Shown one piece after another: positions 46,440 to 57,693 of a DNA stretch of 64,000 nucleotides. The stretch lies in assembly GCA_949358305.1 (NCBI GenBank), contig OX442314.1:3100001-3164000 (forward strand), in the 5' to 3' direction. The number at the start of each line of letters is the position of its first letter. Within the stretch, counting starts at the first letter, position 1. Under the pieces are notes generated by a model that ran no database searches, had not been told where the DNA came from, and was given only the letters and a program-made list of their open reading frames with translations. The stretch is from Strigamia acuminata (Eukaryota). The position numbers and the translations under genes are program-made.

Positions 46440-49400
46440 ATGGCCGACGCGGAAGCAGTATTAGCAAAAATCCAACGTAAAGAGATTCCATCGTACGAAG
46501 ATTTAAACGTGCTGAGGACCCGAGAGATTAGACCGCTATTACGGGAGCGGAAAATTGTGCCACAGAAGTTGAAAACAGACATGTTGGGACAATTATGGCG
46601 CGCGTTACGTACGGAAGCGGGAATAGTAGAACGAGTAGAAAGCGACGACGAGGATGACGACGACAAAGAAGAAGAAGAAGAAAAGAACGATTTAGAAAAC
46701 GACGACGACAAGTCGAAGACAGAAGAGAACGTGTCGCTAGAAGCAGACGGCGTGTACAGTAAAGATCTGATGATGACAAAGATGTTGCAGATGATGTAAA
46801 CCATGCAAAAATCGCAGAGAGAGCCGAAGGAAGTAAAGAACGCGCCGAAGTTGCCACGATTCTCGGGCGAACGAAGCGAGCTGCGTACGACCACGCAATG
46901 GTTATAAGATGTTCGCGAATACGCCAAAGAATATAAGTGGACGAATGTGTCCAAAGTAACGACGGCGGCAGCAGCGTTAGAAGGACCAGCGAAGGTGTGG
47001 CAAGACAGCGCAGGAACGACGATCCGGAACTTCGACAAATAAGCGATCGAGCTGACGAAGAATTTTCCAGATCGACAACTGTCTTACGAAGATAAAGAAC
47101 GATTGATTCGAGCTCCACAGAAGAACGACGAGACCACCGAAACCTATTTACGGCAAAAATGGGCCACGTGCGAAAGACTGGGAATGTCGATCAGCGACGC
47201 GCAGAATTATCTGTTAGACGGACTAAGAAGCAAAGCAGCGACGGCGCCGATGTACGTTGTCCAATATCAACACATCAGCGAGATGGTTGGAACGGCGCAA
47301 AACCTGGAAGCTCGAGCGAAGGGGACAACGATCGAAGCAAAGACGAAAACGAGCTCTACGAAGCCAAACGGGAGAGGATTCGACGCAGGGCCGAAGTGTT
47401 TTAGGTGCGGCGAGAAGGGGCACCAGAAGTCAGATTGTCCGAACGAGCTGAAGTGTTTTAAATGCCACGAATCGGGCCATCTGGCGAATGCGTGTCCAAA
47501 TGAAGTAAAATGCTTCAATTGTAACGGGTTTGGACACATGGCAAACGCGTGTCCAGAGCCGAAGAAAGAGCGGAAGCAGCCATCAAAAAACAAGTTGGAC
47601 GTTAAAACGAAGAAGATTTACAAAATCGAAGCCGAGGAGATGCAGCCAGAATTCGAGACCATGATGTGGGTCGATGGAAAGAAATGCAGCGCGGGAATCG
47701 ATACGCAAAGCGCCGTGTGTCTGATTAGTAAGACGTTTTCGCAACGTACAAAGATCGAGGAGCCGGACTACGAATACGTGATCGAAGGTTTTAATCAAGA
47801 TGCAAGTCGTTATCGTGGGCGAACGAGATGTGATGTAGAAAGCGCAAACGTGAAATTGGCGGGTGTCGAGTTCTATGTGGTCGACGACGCCAGAATGCCG
47901 ACGGAAGTCTGGATAGGGAAACCATTCTTGAAACACCCGACGATCACGATGCAATCAGACGGAGGTTACGTGACGTTCAGACCGAGGGAAGGGATGCGAG
48001 ACGAATCAGGAATTTCAAGAATCGAGCCAAAGATCACTGCAGCAAAGCCGCGAGCGCTCGTGATCGACGAAAACAAAGTGGTACCAGCCCACTCGATAAG
48101 TTTGGTGACGGTACGAGCGAAGAGTCAGTCAGACGGATTGTTTTACGTAGAAAACGAGCACGCGGTGACGGATCGGTTGGAAGTACCGGAAGGCCTGATC
48201 GAAGTGAAGAACGAGCGGGCAACGATGCCGATAATCAACAACGAACCAGAAGAAGTACGAGTCACACGAGGTCGAAAGCTTGGGCATGTTGAAATCACCG
48301 AAGAAGAACCGTTGTTGCACCAGGTACAAGTCAAGAAAGTCACGACGATCGAGGCAAGTTCGAGGATGCGAATAACGGCCGACGAAATTAATTTGGGCAA
48401 GTCAGTGACGCCGGAAGAAAAGGAGATCGTACTGACGATGATTAACGACGAATTTCGAGACTGTTTCGCAACGAATTTGGAGGAGGTCGGATGTTTTCCA
48501 GATCTCAAGATGGATATCGAAGTTACGACGACGAGGCCAACGAATTTGCGGCGATACCAGTATTCAGCAGCGCAGCAAAAAGAGATTGACAAGATGGTCG
48601 CCGAGTTGGAAGGAGCAGGATTCGTGACGCGATCAAAGAGTCCATTCAACAGTCCGATCGTGATGGTGCGCAAGAAAACCGGCGAATGGAGAATTTGTAT
48701 TGATTTCAGATCGCTCAACGAAATAACGGTGAAGGAACACTTTCCGTGCCCCAGGATGGATGAGTTACTCGACGGGACGCACGAATGAAGAGTTTTCCTA
48801 GTGTTCGATTTGGCGTCGGGTTACTACCAGATCGAATTGACAGCTAAAGCGCAAGAGAAGACAGCATTTTCGACAATGAACGGCAAATATCAGTTTGTGC
48901 GGATGTGGTTTGGGTTGATAAACGCGCCGTTTGTTTTCAATCGAGTGATGGAGTTGGCGTTCGGACATTTGCCATACGAAGTACTGCGCAGATATATGGA
49001 CGATCTTCTATCGGGTGCGAAAACGAACGCGGAGTTAATCGAGAAGATGAGGAAGATCTTAATCGAGGTGAGAAGATCGAAGCTTACATTGAAGTTGAGC
49101 AAATGCCACTTCCTCTGCGAGGAAGTACAGTTTCTCGGGTTACGACTGACGAAGGACGGCCTACGACCAGGATTCGAGAAAACAAGCGCGATCAAGAATT
49201 TTGCGAAGCCAAAAGACGTACGAGGCATAAGGAGTTTTCTGGGATTATGTGGATATTTCCGACGATTCATCGCAGGATATGCGACAAAAACGAGAGCGCT
49301 AACGAAATTGACTCGAAAGAACGAAACGTTTGTGTGGACAACTGAGTGTGAAGCAGCGTTTCAGGGGTTGATTGGAGAATTGATTGCGGAGCCAGTGTTG

Positions 49401-49751
49401 AAGATCTACGATAACACACGACTGTGCGAGGTGCATACGGACGCATCACAAGACGGGATCGGGGCAGTATTAATGCAGCGAGGCGAAGGAAACGACCTGC
49501 ATCCGATTATCTATGCGAGTAGAACAACGACCGAATGCGAGAAGCGATACCATTCAACGGAGCTCGAGTTAATGGCGGTAGTTTGGGCGGTGTTAAAATT
49601 TCGAATGTACTTATACGGCGCAGAATTCACGGTGGTGACAGATTGCGAAGCAGTACGATATGGGTTGAAGAAACGGGAGTTGACGCCACGAATCGGGAGA
49701 TGGGTGTTGGCGCTTTCGGAATATAATTTCAAAGCAATACATCGACCAGGA
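46440..49751 (+). pseudogene. G2 gag (SAP-like N-terminus, 3 CCHC knuckles), protease, RT and RNaseH, with stops at 46797 and 48786 and further gag lesions
   Basis: CFRC/CFKC/CFNC knuckles, IDTQS, WRICIDFRSLN, YMDD, VHTDAS. Confidence 0.9.
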
Positions 49752-50920
49752 CACTGGAAAAAAAATCAGATTTACTCACTTGTAAAGAATTGTAAATGTA
49801 TAGGTAGATGGATTTTACAAGTTTGTAAATTAGATTTACAAACAATTGAAAATAAGTCTTTTTTAAACATATTTACAATCTGGAAAGAGACCATTTCCGG
49901 GACTTTTTTTACAATAACTTTACAAACATTTTCAATTGTGTAATTATAAAATTTCATAATATATTTCCAATGTATTTCCAATATATTTCCAATATATTTC
50001 CAATATATTTCCAATAAAAAAATCTACTACCCTCCATTTTGAAAAATTTAAATACATAAACTCAATTTTTTTTTTTAAACTGTTTGATTTTTTTTTCAAA
50101 CACCATTCAACAATTAGTTTTCATTGATTTGATCACAATTTGCATGTTTTATTAACAGTTTTATTTAAATTTATTTTAATCTTATAGTTTTCTTTTTTCT
50201 AACCTTGACCTCTGCTGGAATTGAACCTGGGACCCTTTGTTCTAAAGACCACTGCCCTATCCACTAGGCTAGTATGGCTTGTAATAGCTTTATGCATAAC
50301 TTCCTATAAATAGTAACTTCTTTGTTAAATAATCTGTTTGAGATTCATCGTATTAAAAATACAATCAATCTCACATTGATTACCGTCGATGAAACAATCT
50401 GACTCCTGGAGTCGGATTGTTTCATCGACGGTACGTTTCATCGACACGAATTTTTCCGTCCCTGCGCCCTGATTGGCCCGATTTCATATTGTCCATGTCG
50501 GTTCGAAATTGGATCGTTTCATACATTATTTTCTCTTCTGAGTTCAAATTTGATACAATTTTATTGTTCCTGACTGTATTTTACCTTGTTCTTGTTACAT
50601 TTCAGATATTTAAATGTTACATTTCAATTTCAGGTATTTTCTTGCTTTTACATTATTTTTACAATCATTGTGAAATGAAGTTTACAATACATTTCCATCC
50701 AAAAGAAAATTGATTGGAAACAACATTTCAAACAACAGATTTTCAACTAATTGAAAATATGACTTTTCATCTCTAGGATTTACTACACATTTTCAGAAGT
50801 TTGGAAATATACAAATATTTCCAACATATTTCCAGCAAATTTCCGCATCATAGTAAATTCAACTTTTCCATATAAATTTTCAACTTGGAAATGTTTGGAA
50901 ATATGCTTTTTTTTCCAGTG
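49752..50920. mobile_element. Complete CACTG-terminal non-autonomous DNA element (CACTA/CMC-like)
   Basis: CACTGGAAAAAAA..TTTTTTTCCAGTG termini and 3-bp TSD GGA; splits G2 between RNaseH and integrase. Confidence 0.9.
50207..50278 (-). pseudogene. tRNA(Arg)-like segment inside the CACTG element
   Basis: Minus strand TAGCCTAGTGGATAGGGC...GGTTCAATTCC (A and B boxes); imperfect stems. Confidence 0.55.
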
Positions 50921-52336
50921 GGATTACTCATGGGCCACGTCGACGCCCTGAGTAGGAACGCGGAACCAGCAAGCGGCGAGGAAACGGAGATGGAACGACG
51001 GTTCAAAGTTAACCAAATTAAATTTACAGAAGGCGACTGGCTCGTGGCTGCGCAGGAAAGCGATCCCGAGTGTAAAGAGTTGAAGGACGCGTTGTTGGTA
51101 GAAGATAAAAGTTTATTGGACGAACGAATGCAGCACAAGATTCGAGGATACAAGATCAAGAAGGGACACGTTTACTTCGAGTTAACGGTAAACGGACGGC
51201 GAAGAGATGTGTTGTATTTGCCCAAGATGATGAGGAGACAGATCACGAACGAAGTACATATTGGAAACGCGCATCCGGGGGTCGACGCAACGATTGAGGC
51301 GATTCGAAAGAGGTTTTGGTTCCCCAGGATGCGAAGTTACGTGAAAGCAGCCGTAGGAGCGTGTATCGAGTGTTTGATGAGGAAGGAACCAGGAGGAAAA
51401 CGAGCCGGCGAGTTGAATATCGAGAGGCAAAGGGTGCCGTTCCACACGGTTCACCCGGATCATGTGGGCCCCTTTCCAAAGAGCGGCATTGGATACCGAC
51501 ACATTTTGGTGGCAGTGTGCATATTTTCGAAATTGGTTTTTCTAATGCCGGTAAAATCAACGAACGCAACAACTACGTGCAGAGAGATTCGGAAGTTAGG
51601 CGCACGAATGTGGATCCCGACGCGGATTATTACAGATCGAGGAACGGCGTTTACCAACGCGTTGTTTGCAGAAATGTGCAAAGAATTCGAGATTCGACAC
51701 GTGCTGACTTTGACGGAAAATCCGAGAGCGAACGGGCAAGTGGAAAGGATGAACCGAACGATAGTCCCGATGTTGGCGAGCCAAACAACGAAGAACGACG
51801 GGAGCGATTGGAGCAAAGGGATCGACAAGGTCGAAATCGCGATCAACTCAAGAGTCAACCAATCGACCAAGAAAACACCATTGGAGGTGTTGTACGGGTT
51901 CCAGCCGAGAACGATCATCGAGCCAAAATTAGCAGCGATAGTAGTTGAGGAAAACGATGAAGACGAGACGGAAATCGAGGACGTAAGAAACGAAGCGTAC
52001 GAAACACTGACGGAAAACCAGATCAAGCAGAAAAAGGCGTTCGATAGACATCGAGGACCAAACCGGACATACGAAGTCGGGGATATGGTCGTCGTACGAA
52101 GGAAAGCGATCGCAATACAAGGCAAAGCGGGGAAACTCAGTAATCTGTATCGAGGACCATTGCGAGTAAGTCGGCGGATTTCGAGCACAGTGTACGAGAT
52201 TACAAGTCTCGAGAACCCGCCTCGATACAAAACGACCGCACCAATCGACCAGATGAAGAAATGGACATTCGAGGACGACGCGACATCAGGAGCCGAAGAC
52301 GAATTAACAAGTGTCGGCGGGGACGCCGACATTTAG
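50921..52336 (+). pseudogene. G2 integrase
   Basis: H-x4-H...C-x2-C, HPDHVGP, ITDRGTAF, NGQVER, YRGP motif. Confidence 0.92.
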
Positions 52337-54464
52337 TCGGACAACCGAGTGTGGAGTTTTTCGGGTGTAACGGGCAATAACGATCGCCAGGGGGCGGGCA
52401 GACACAAACGGAATATATCCGATAAGCGTTTTGGGGGTGAACAGCCAATTGGGGGCCGTTCTTTGTAATCAACCAATCAGGGTTGACCAGTGTGATATAT
52501 AATCAGTTTGTTTTGTTTAATAAAATCACTTGAAGTTAACTAGAGCTTGTAGTTGTGTCTTGGTAATTTTGGGTCAGCTAGTCTCAGCTTTGAGATAGTT
52601 TACAATAGTTTACAAAAACCCACATCTATTAATAGTAAGGTCAACTAGGGGTTCCAGGAAATCAACTGAGGTCAACTAGGGGTTCTAAGAAATCAACTGA
52701 GGTCAAACAACGACAATTTTTAGGCTAAAGTCAAAGTTCAACCACCTTAAGCAATCAACAAACTCTTTCTATTTTAAAACCCTAGTTTTCATATGCATTG
52801 ATAGAAAGGTAAAACAAGTAAATATAAAAAACAAAGTCAGAACACCAGTTGAAATTCTACTAGGGAACAGAGATAGAGGTAGAGATTTGCAAAGGTTCAA
52901 AATTTAAATAATCGACTCTTTGCGAGTAAAAATTGACTTTTTGCGTGTAAAAATTGACTTTTTGCGTGTAAAAATTGACTTTTTGCGAGTAAAAATTGAT
53001 TTTTTGCATTTTGTGTGCTTAAAAATAAATACGGAGTACATTTTTAGATTAAAAATTTCAGTTTGTCTCAAAAACTCATTTTGACACTTAATTTCATAAT
53101 TCAGTCTCAAAAAGTTATGCATTCTACAAAGAAGTGTGGTATTTGCATCATCAAGGCAGAATTCAAGACTGTCAGACGGGAAGAAATGAGACGTCCTTGG
53201 TGCCAATAACAGCTGCTGCAGCAAAAGCTTGTGGACTAGGAGTACTATGTATTCTATGCAAGATTTTATTTTAAAATGTTACATCCCGATTGTCTTACAC
53301 TGGAGATTTACAATTGTCTTCAATCTTAGTAATGAGCTTAGGTTTCAATTAAAACAACATCCTTAGCAATGTGTGTTCTTGCATGAAACTGATGCTCTGT
53401 TTATTCTCCAAAGACAGATTAAGCCAGAGAAAATGTCAAATTTTCTTTCCAAGTTTTTTTTCTTTGTGTTTAGCACAAAGATGTCTTCAGTGGACAAAAT
53501 AAATGTAAACGAGGAAGTACTACTGTCTGATATGTTTCATCTTGCAAGCAGAATTTTTTTTAGAAAGAATGTTTTTTCTTCTAAAATGGAAGTGAAAGGA
53601 ATTCTGCCTCTCATGTGAATTCTGCCTCTCATGTGAAATTCTCATGTTTATGAGTTTTTGACTTTCGATCTTATTCATATAAAAATTTAGAGTTTCGACC
53701 TTATTCATGAATCGGGGGTCGACCGACTCGAATCGGGGGTCCCCCGATTCATGAATAAGGCCGACTCGAATCGGGGGTCGACCAACTCGGGATGGGATAC
53801 TTGGGTCGAAATGAATAAGGTCGAAACAGGATTTCGACCTTATTCATTTCGACCCTAGTCATTTCTGTATGTCTAATTTTGACCTTCTTCATGAATAAGA
53901 TCGAAACATCATTTTGACCTTAGTCATTTCGACCTTATTCATGAATAAGATCGAAATAGGATTTCGACTTTAGTCATTTCGACCCTAGTCATTTCGGTGT
54001 ATGTAATTTCGACCTTATTCATGAATAAGGTCAAAACTTTAAATTTTTATATGAATAAGGTCGAAAGTCAAAAACTCAAAAACATGAGAATTTCACATGA
54101 GAATCTCGTGTCTTCTCTCGTTTTCTAATAACAATGTAAAAAATGTTTTTTATTTTATCACTTGTTTTATATTTGCAGGAAACCAGAGCTTCTAGAAGAA
54201 ACTATTTCATATTTTTCTCATTTATTTTATAAATAAGTAATAAAATAACCTTATTTTAGCCTACATAAAGTTGTTTTTATTTTGATATTAATTTAATTTT
54301 TTTTTTGAACGTTAACTGGCAGTATAAAGTGTGTACACACTGTGTTGTAGTAAAAAGTAGGGGACTGGACCCCATAGGATCCCATGTTAAACTTCATTTC
54401 TACTCCACAACCGACATTTGAAATATATTTTGGCATTCGAATATTTTAGCCGTAAAAGCGTCGG

Positions 54465-54610
54465 GCTAACCTAACCTAAGCTAACCTAACCTAATCTAAC
54501 CTCTAACCTCTCGCGATGTAAAGGTAAAAGGTTAGCTGTAAAAGTGTCGAGCTAACCTAACCTAATCTAACCTAACCTCTTACCTCTTACGGTTAGGTTT
54601 AGGTTAGCCA
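54465..54610. repeat. Short interstitial CCTAA/TTAGG telomere-like repeats in both orientations
   Basis: CTAACCTAACCTAA runs at about 54466 and 54552, then GGTTAGGTTTAGGTTAG at about 54591. Confidence 0.8.
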
Positions 54611-54899
54611 GTGCAATCTACTATCAAAATCGGTAACCAAAAGTCCCAAATTTGGTCCGAGGGCCAAATGGTCAAAATGGCGGCCGTTTGGTTACGGGCT
54701 TGACCAGATGGTCGAATTTCATTAGGATAGGTCCAAAAAAATGGTTGTGTGTATGAACCGGTCAGGTGTCATGTTCCCAGGCAATGACTTAGATGGGTTT
54801 CAGGAGCATAAATAAAACGATGCTCACCCTTCAAATTTTTTTTTCACGAGTGAAGAGAGATTTAATTGCGTGACGTTATAAGGTTCCAAAACCGGTTCC

Positions 54900-55099
54900 N
54901 NNNNNNNNNNNNNNNNNNNNNNNNNNNNNNNNNNNNNNNNNNNNNNNNNNNNNNNNNNNNNNNNNNNNNNNNNNNNNNNNNNNNNNNNNNNNNNNNNNNN
55001 NNNNNNNNNNNNNNNNNNNNNNNNNNNNNNNNNNNNNNNNNNNNNNNNNNNNNNNNNNNNNNNNNNNNNNNNNNNNNNNNNNNNNNNNNNNNNNNNNNN
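54900..55099. other. Assembly gap (200 N)
   Basis: Run of n. Confidence 1.
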
Positions 55100-56035
55100 C
55101 ATTCGACTCGAAAACGAGTCGAATACGATTTCGCGTTGAAGAAGGGCAAAATTCGCATTCGACTCGAAAACGAGTCGAATACGATTTCGCGTTGAAGAAG
55201 GGCAAAACTCGCATTCGACTCGAAAACGAGTCGAATACGATTTCGCGTTGAGAAAGGGCAAAATTCGCATTCGACTCGAAAACGAGTCGAATACGATTTC
55301 GCGTTGAAGAAGGGCAAAACTCGCATTCGACTCGAAAACGAGTCGAATACGATTTCGCGTTGAAGAAGGGCAAAACTCGTATTCGATTCGAAAGCGAATC
55401 GAATACGATTTCGCGTTGAAGAAGGGCAAAATTCGCATTCGACTCGAAAACGAGTCGAATACGAATTCGCATTCGACTCGAAAACGAGTCGAATACGATT
55501 TCGCGTTGAAGAAGGGCAAAATTCGCATTCGACTCGAAAACGAGTCGAATACGATTTCGCGTTGAAGAAGGGCAAAACTCGCATTCGACTCGAAAACGAG
55601 TCGAATACGATTTCGCGTTGAGAAAGGGCAAAATTCGCATTCGACTCGAAAACGAGTCGAATACGATTTCGCGTTGAAGAAGGGCAAAACTCGCATTCGA
55701 CTCGAAAACGAGTCGAATACGATTTCGCATTCGACTCGAAAACGAGTCGAATACGATTTCGCGTCGAAGAAGGGCAAAATTCGCATTCGACTCGAAAACG
55801 AGTCGAATACGATTTCGCGTTGAAGAAGGGCAAAACTCGCATTCGACTCGAAAACGAGTCGAATACGATTTCGCGTTGAGAAAGGGCAAAATTCGCATTC
55901 GACTCGAAAACGAGTCGAATACGATTTCGCGTTGAAGAAGGGCAAAACTCGCATTCGACTCGAAAACGAGTCGAATACGATTTCGCGTCAAAGAAGGGCA
56001 AAATTTGCATTCGACTCGAAAACGAGTCGAATACG
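55100..56035. repeat. 56-bp tandem repeat with a perfect hairpin, about 17 units, running into the gap
   Basis: CATTCGACTCG-AAAA-CGAGTCGAATACGATTTCGCGTTGAAGAAGGGCAAAA(T/C)TCG; two shortened units. Confidence 0.95.
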
Positions 56036-57261
56036 AGATCATTTTTTGATCTGGGTCGTGAATGCGTCCGTATGTCACGCGAACGCGTGTTGGAGTCGAT
56101 TCCGAGTTCGTATTCCATCTTGAACGCGCATTGGAGACGTAAACCAGTTTATTTTACCCACTCTCGCTCGATCCCGCTTCATCGCTCCTTGTCGCTCCTG
56201 TGAAAAAAAATACATGAGAATGTGCAGAAATGAACCTTCCAATACTCACATGAAAATTGACAACCTTGACACAAAACAGTCTATTGACACTCCCAACACC
56301 ACCCCGGACGTTTTCCGGAAGAGTTTGGTCCACCCGGAATCCCCAGAATAGTCGCCCCCGAAATGCGGATTTCACGGAAGCCAATCCGCGAAAAGGATAT
56401 ACCCAAACAATCGGCCATTCCGCAGCTCTGTTTGATTATTTCTGTTTGGTATTGTTACTTAAGAAGTATGATTCGTTGTTCACGTAAAAAACCTTTTGGT
56501 TCTTTGTTGATTTATTCGCAAAGAACCGTTGCATGATTCTACAGAATCATGCCACCGCCGGCAATTGAAGTCGAAGTGCTGGGATTATTATGTTGCATAA
56601 ATGTTACAGTCTACGGTTGCGACGCCGAAGGAGAACCCGCCGTTGTGCAATTCAGTATCCTCCGGACAGGACCAAGTTGTCTTTTTCGGTATGAACGTAT
56701 TCCGTTACCACGAGTAGCATCGGTATTGTTGAGAATCGGTTCCTTCACCTGATGGTGCCAAAGCAGTCTGTTTTACAGTAACCACGAGTAGCACCAAGTG
56801 TTTGGCAAGCTGATTCTCATGGTATTCGATGCCAAAGCAGTCGGTCTATTATTAGTACCGCGAGAGATAAAACTGCTGTGCGGAGCCGCGAGCTATCGAC
56901 CCCTGTGTACGTGGTACCGTCAACCACTCGATGGACGACCGTGCTGCGACGCCGGGGACGCTTGATACCGTTCTGCATGGCAAGGCGTATATTCTAATCG
57001 ATGGCAATTGTGTGTTGCGACGGGAAGCTTAATCTTCATTTTATTTATAACAGCAAAACTTAAACTCGACAACCAGTTGGACCAAAATCAAGTCAGAAGA
57101 CTTAATCTCATATTGAACTCAATATAACCGATAAGTTGACGACAACTTATTCCCGAAATATCTAAATAAGAATTCACAACGATATGAATTAAATATAATT
57201 CATAAGTGGAATATTGATAAGTAAATGAATACATTTACTTACACCAATATCCTCCCAAAGT

Positions 57262-57672
57262 TGTGGCGGTGCAGACAAAGTCAACCGCAATGCTCAGATC
57301 ATTCGATTTATCGACGTGCGATAGTTTACACAGCGAACCAAGGAAACCAGCGAAGCCGTATCGGACTCCAGGACACAGCCATCCGGCTTAAGATGACATC
57401 TATAATCAGGTCGAGCGATGGGGAAACCGCTCCCATATTCCAGACCCGTAGTGATATTATTCTAGGGCCAGTTGGCCAATTCTTTGTATAGTTTAATAGC
57501 TGATTTAACTTGCCAAATGTCGGCATTAGTCCTATGTATAATTTAGCCTTGATATTATTGTTTACCAACAATAAACTGTCTTGTATTTATCTCGTATTGT
57601 ATTCACTGTTTATTTATTGCGATCTCTTCCCGGTACCATTGTTAAATGGGAGTTGTGGTCGTCACCGTCACA
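57262..57672 (+). repeat. Probable 5' LTR (411 bp) of an unclassified LTR element
   Basis: TGTGGCGGTG..CACCGTCACA inverted ends, internal AATAAA, followed after 2 nt by a tRNA PBS. Confidence 0.75.
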
Positions 57673-57674
57673 CG

Positions 57675-57693
57675 TGGAGGTCCCACCGAGATT
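57675..57693 (+). promoter_or_regulatory. PBS for tRNA-Gln (second copy at 57910-57928)
   Basis: TGGAGGTCCCACCGAGATT is the complement of the tRNA-Gln 3' end AATCTCGGTGGGACCTCCA. Confidence 0.85.

Larger units (their letters stand above)
45985..52604 (+). mobile_element. Gypsy/Ty3 LTR retrotransposon G2 (mdg3/micropia-like), defective
   Basis: 255-bp LTRs at 45985-46239 and 52350-52604. 4-bp TSD ATAG with empty site at about 28705. PBS TCAGAAGTGGGAT. Domain order PR-RT-RH-IN. Confidence 0.95.
45069..54341 (+). repeat. Segmental duplicate of about 26150-39740 with different insertions
   Basis: 45069-45984 plus 52605-54341 are collinear with 26151-30500 plus 39191-39741 once Tc1, the TTA MITE, the satellite expansion, Copia D and G2 are removed. 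Confidence 0.9.

Noticed and set aside
48040..48300. dUTPase-like segment between G2 protease and RT
   Set aside because: Only a loose beta-strand pattern, with catalytic motifs not recognisable by eye; needs an HHpred search
50241..50254. 14-nt match TCTAAAGACCACTG to the Copia D LTR start
   Set aside because: Short, with no extension; compatible with chance
55100..56035. Possible CRISPR array (palindromic repeats at regular spacing)
   Set aside because: The intervening sequence is repeated rather than unique, there are no cas genes, and the context is eukaryotic
54824..56118. 376-418 aa ORFs over the 56-bp repeat
   Set aside because: Artefacts of the tandem repeat and the N gap
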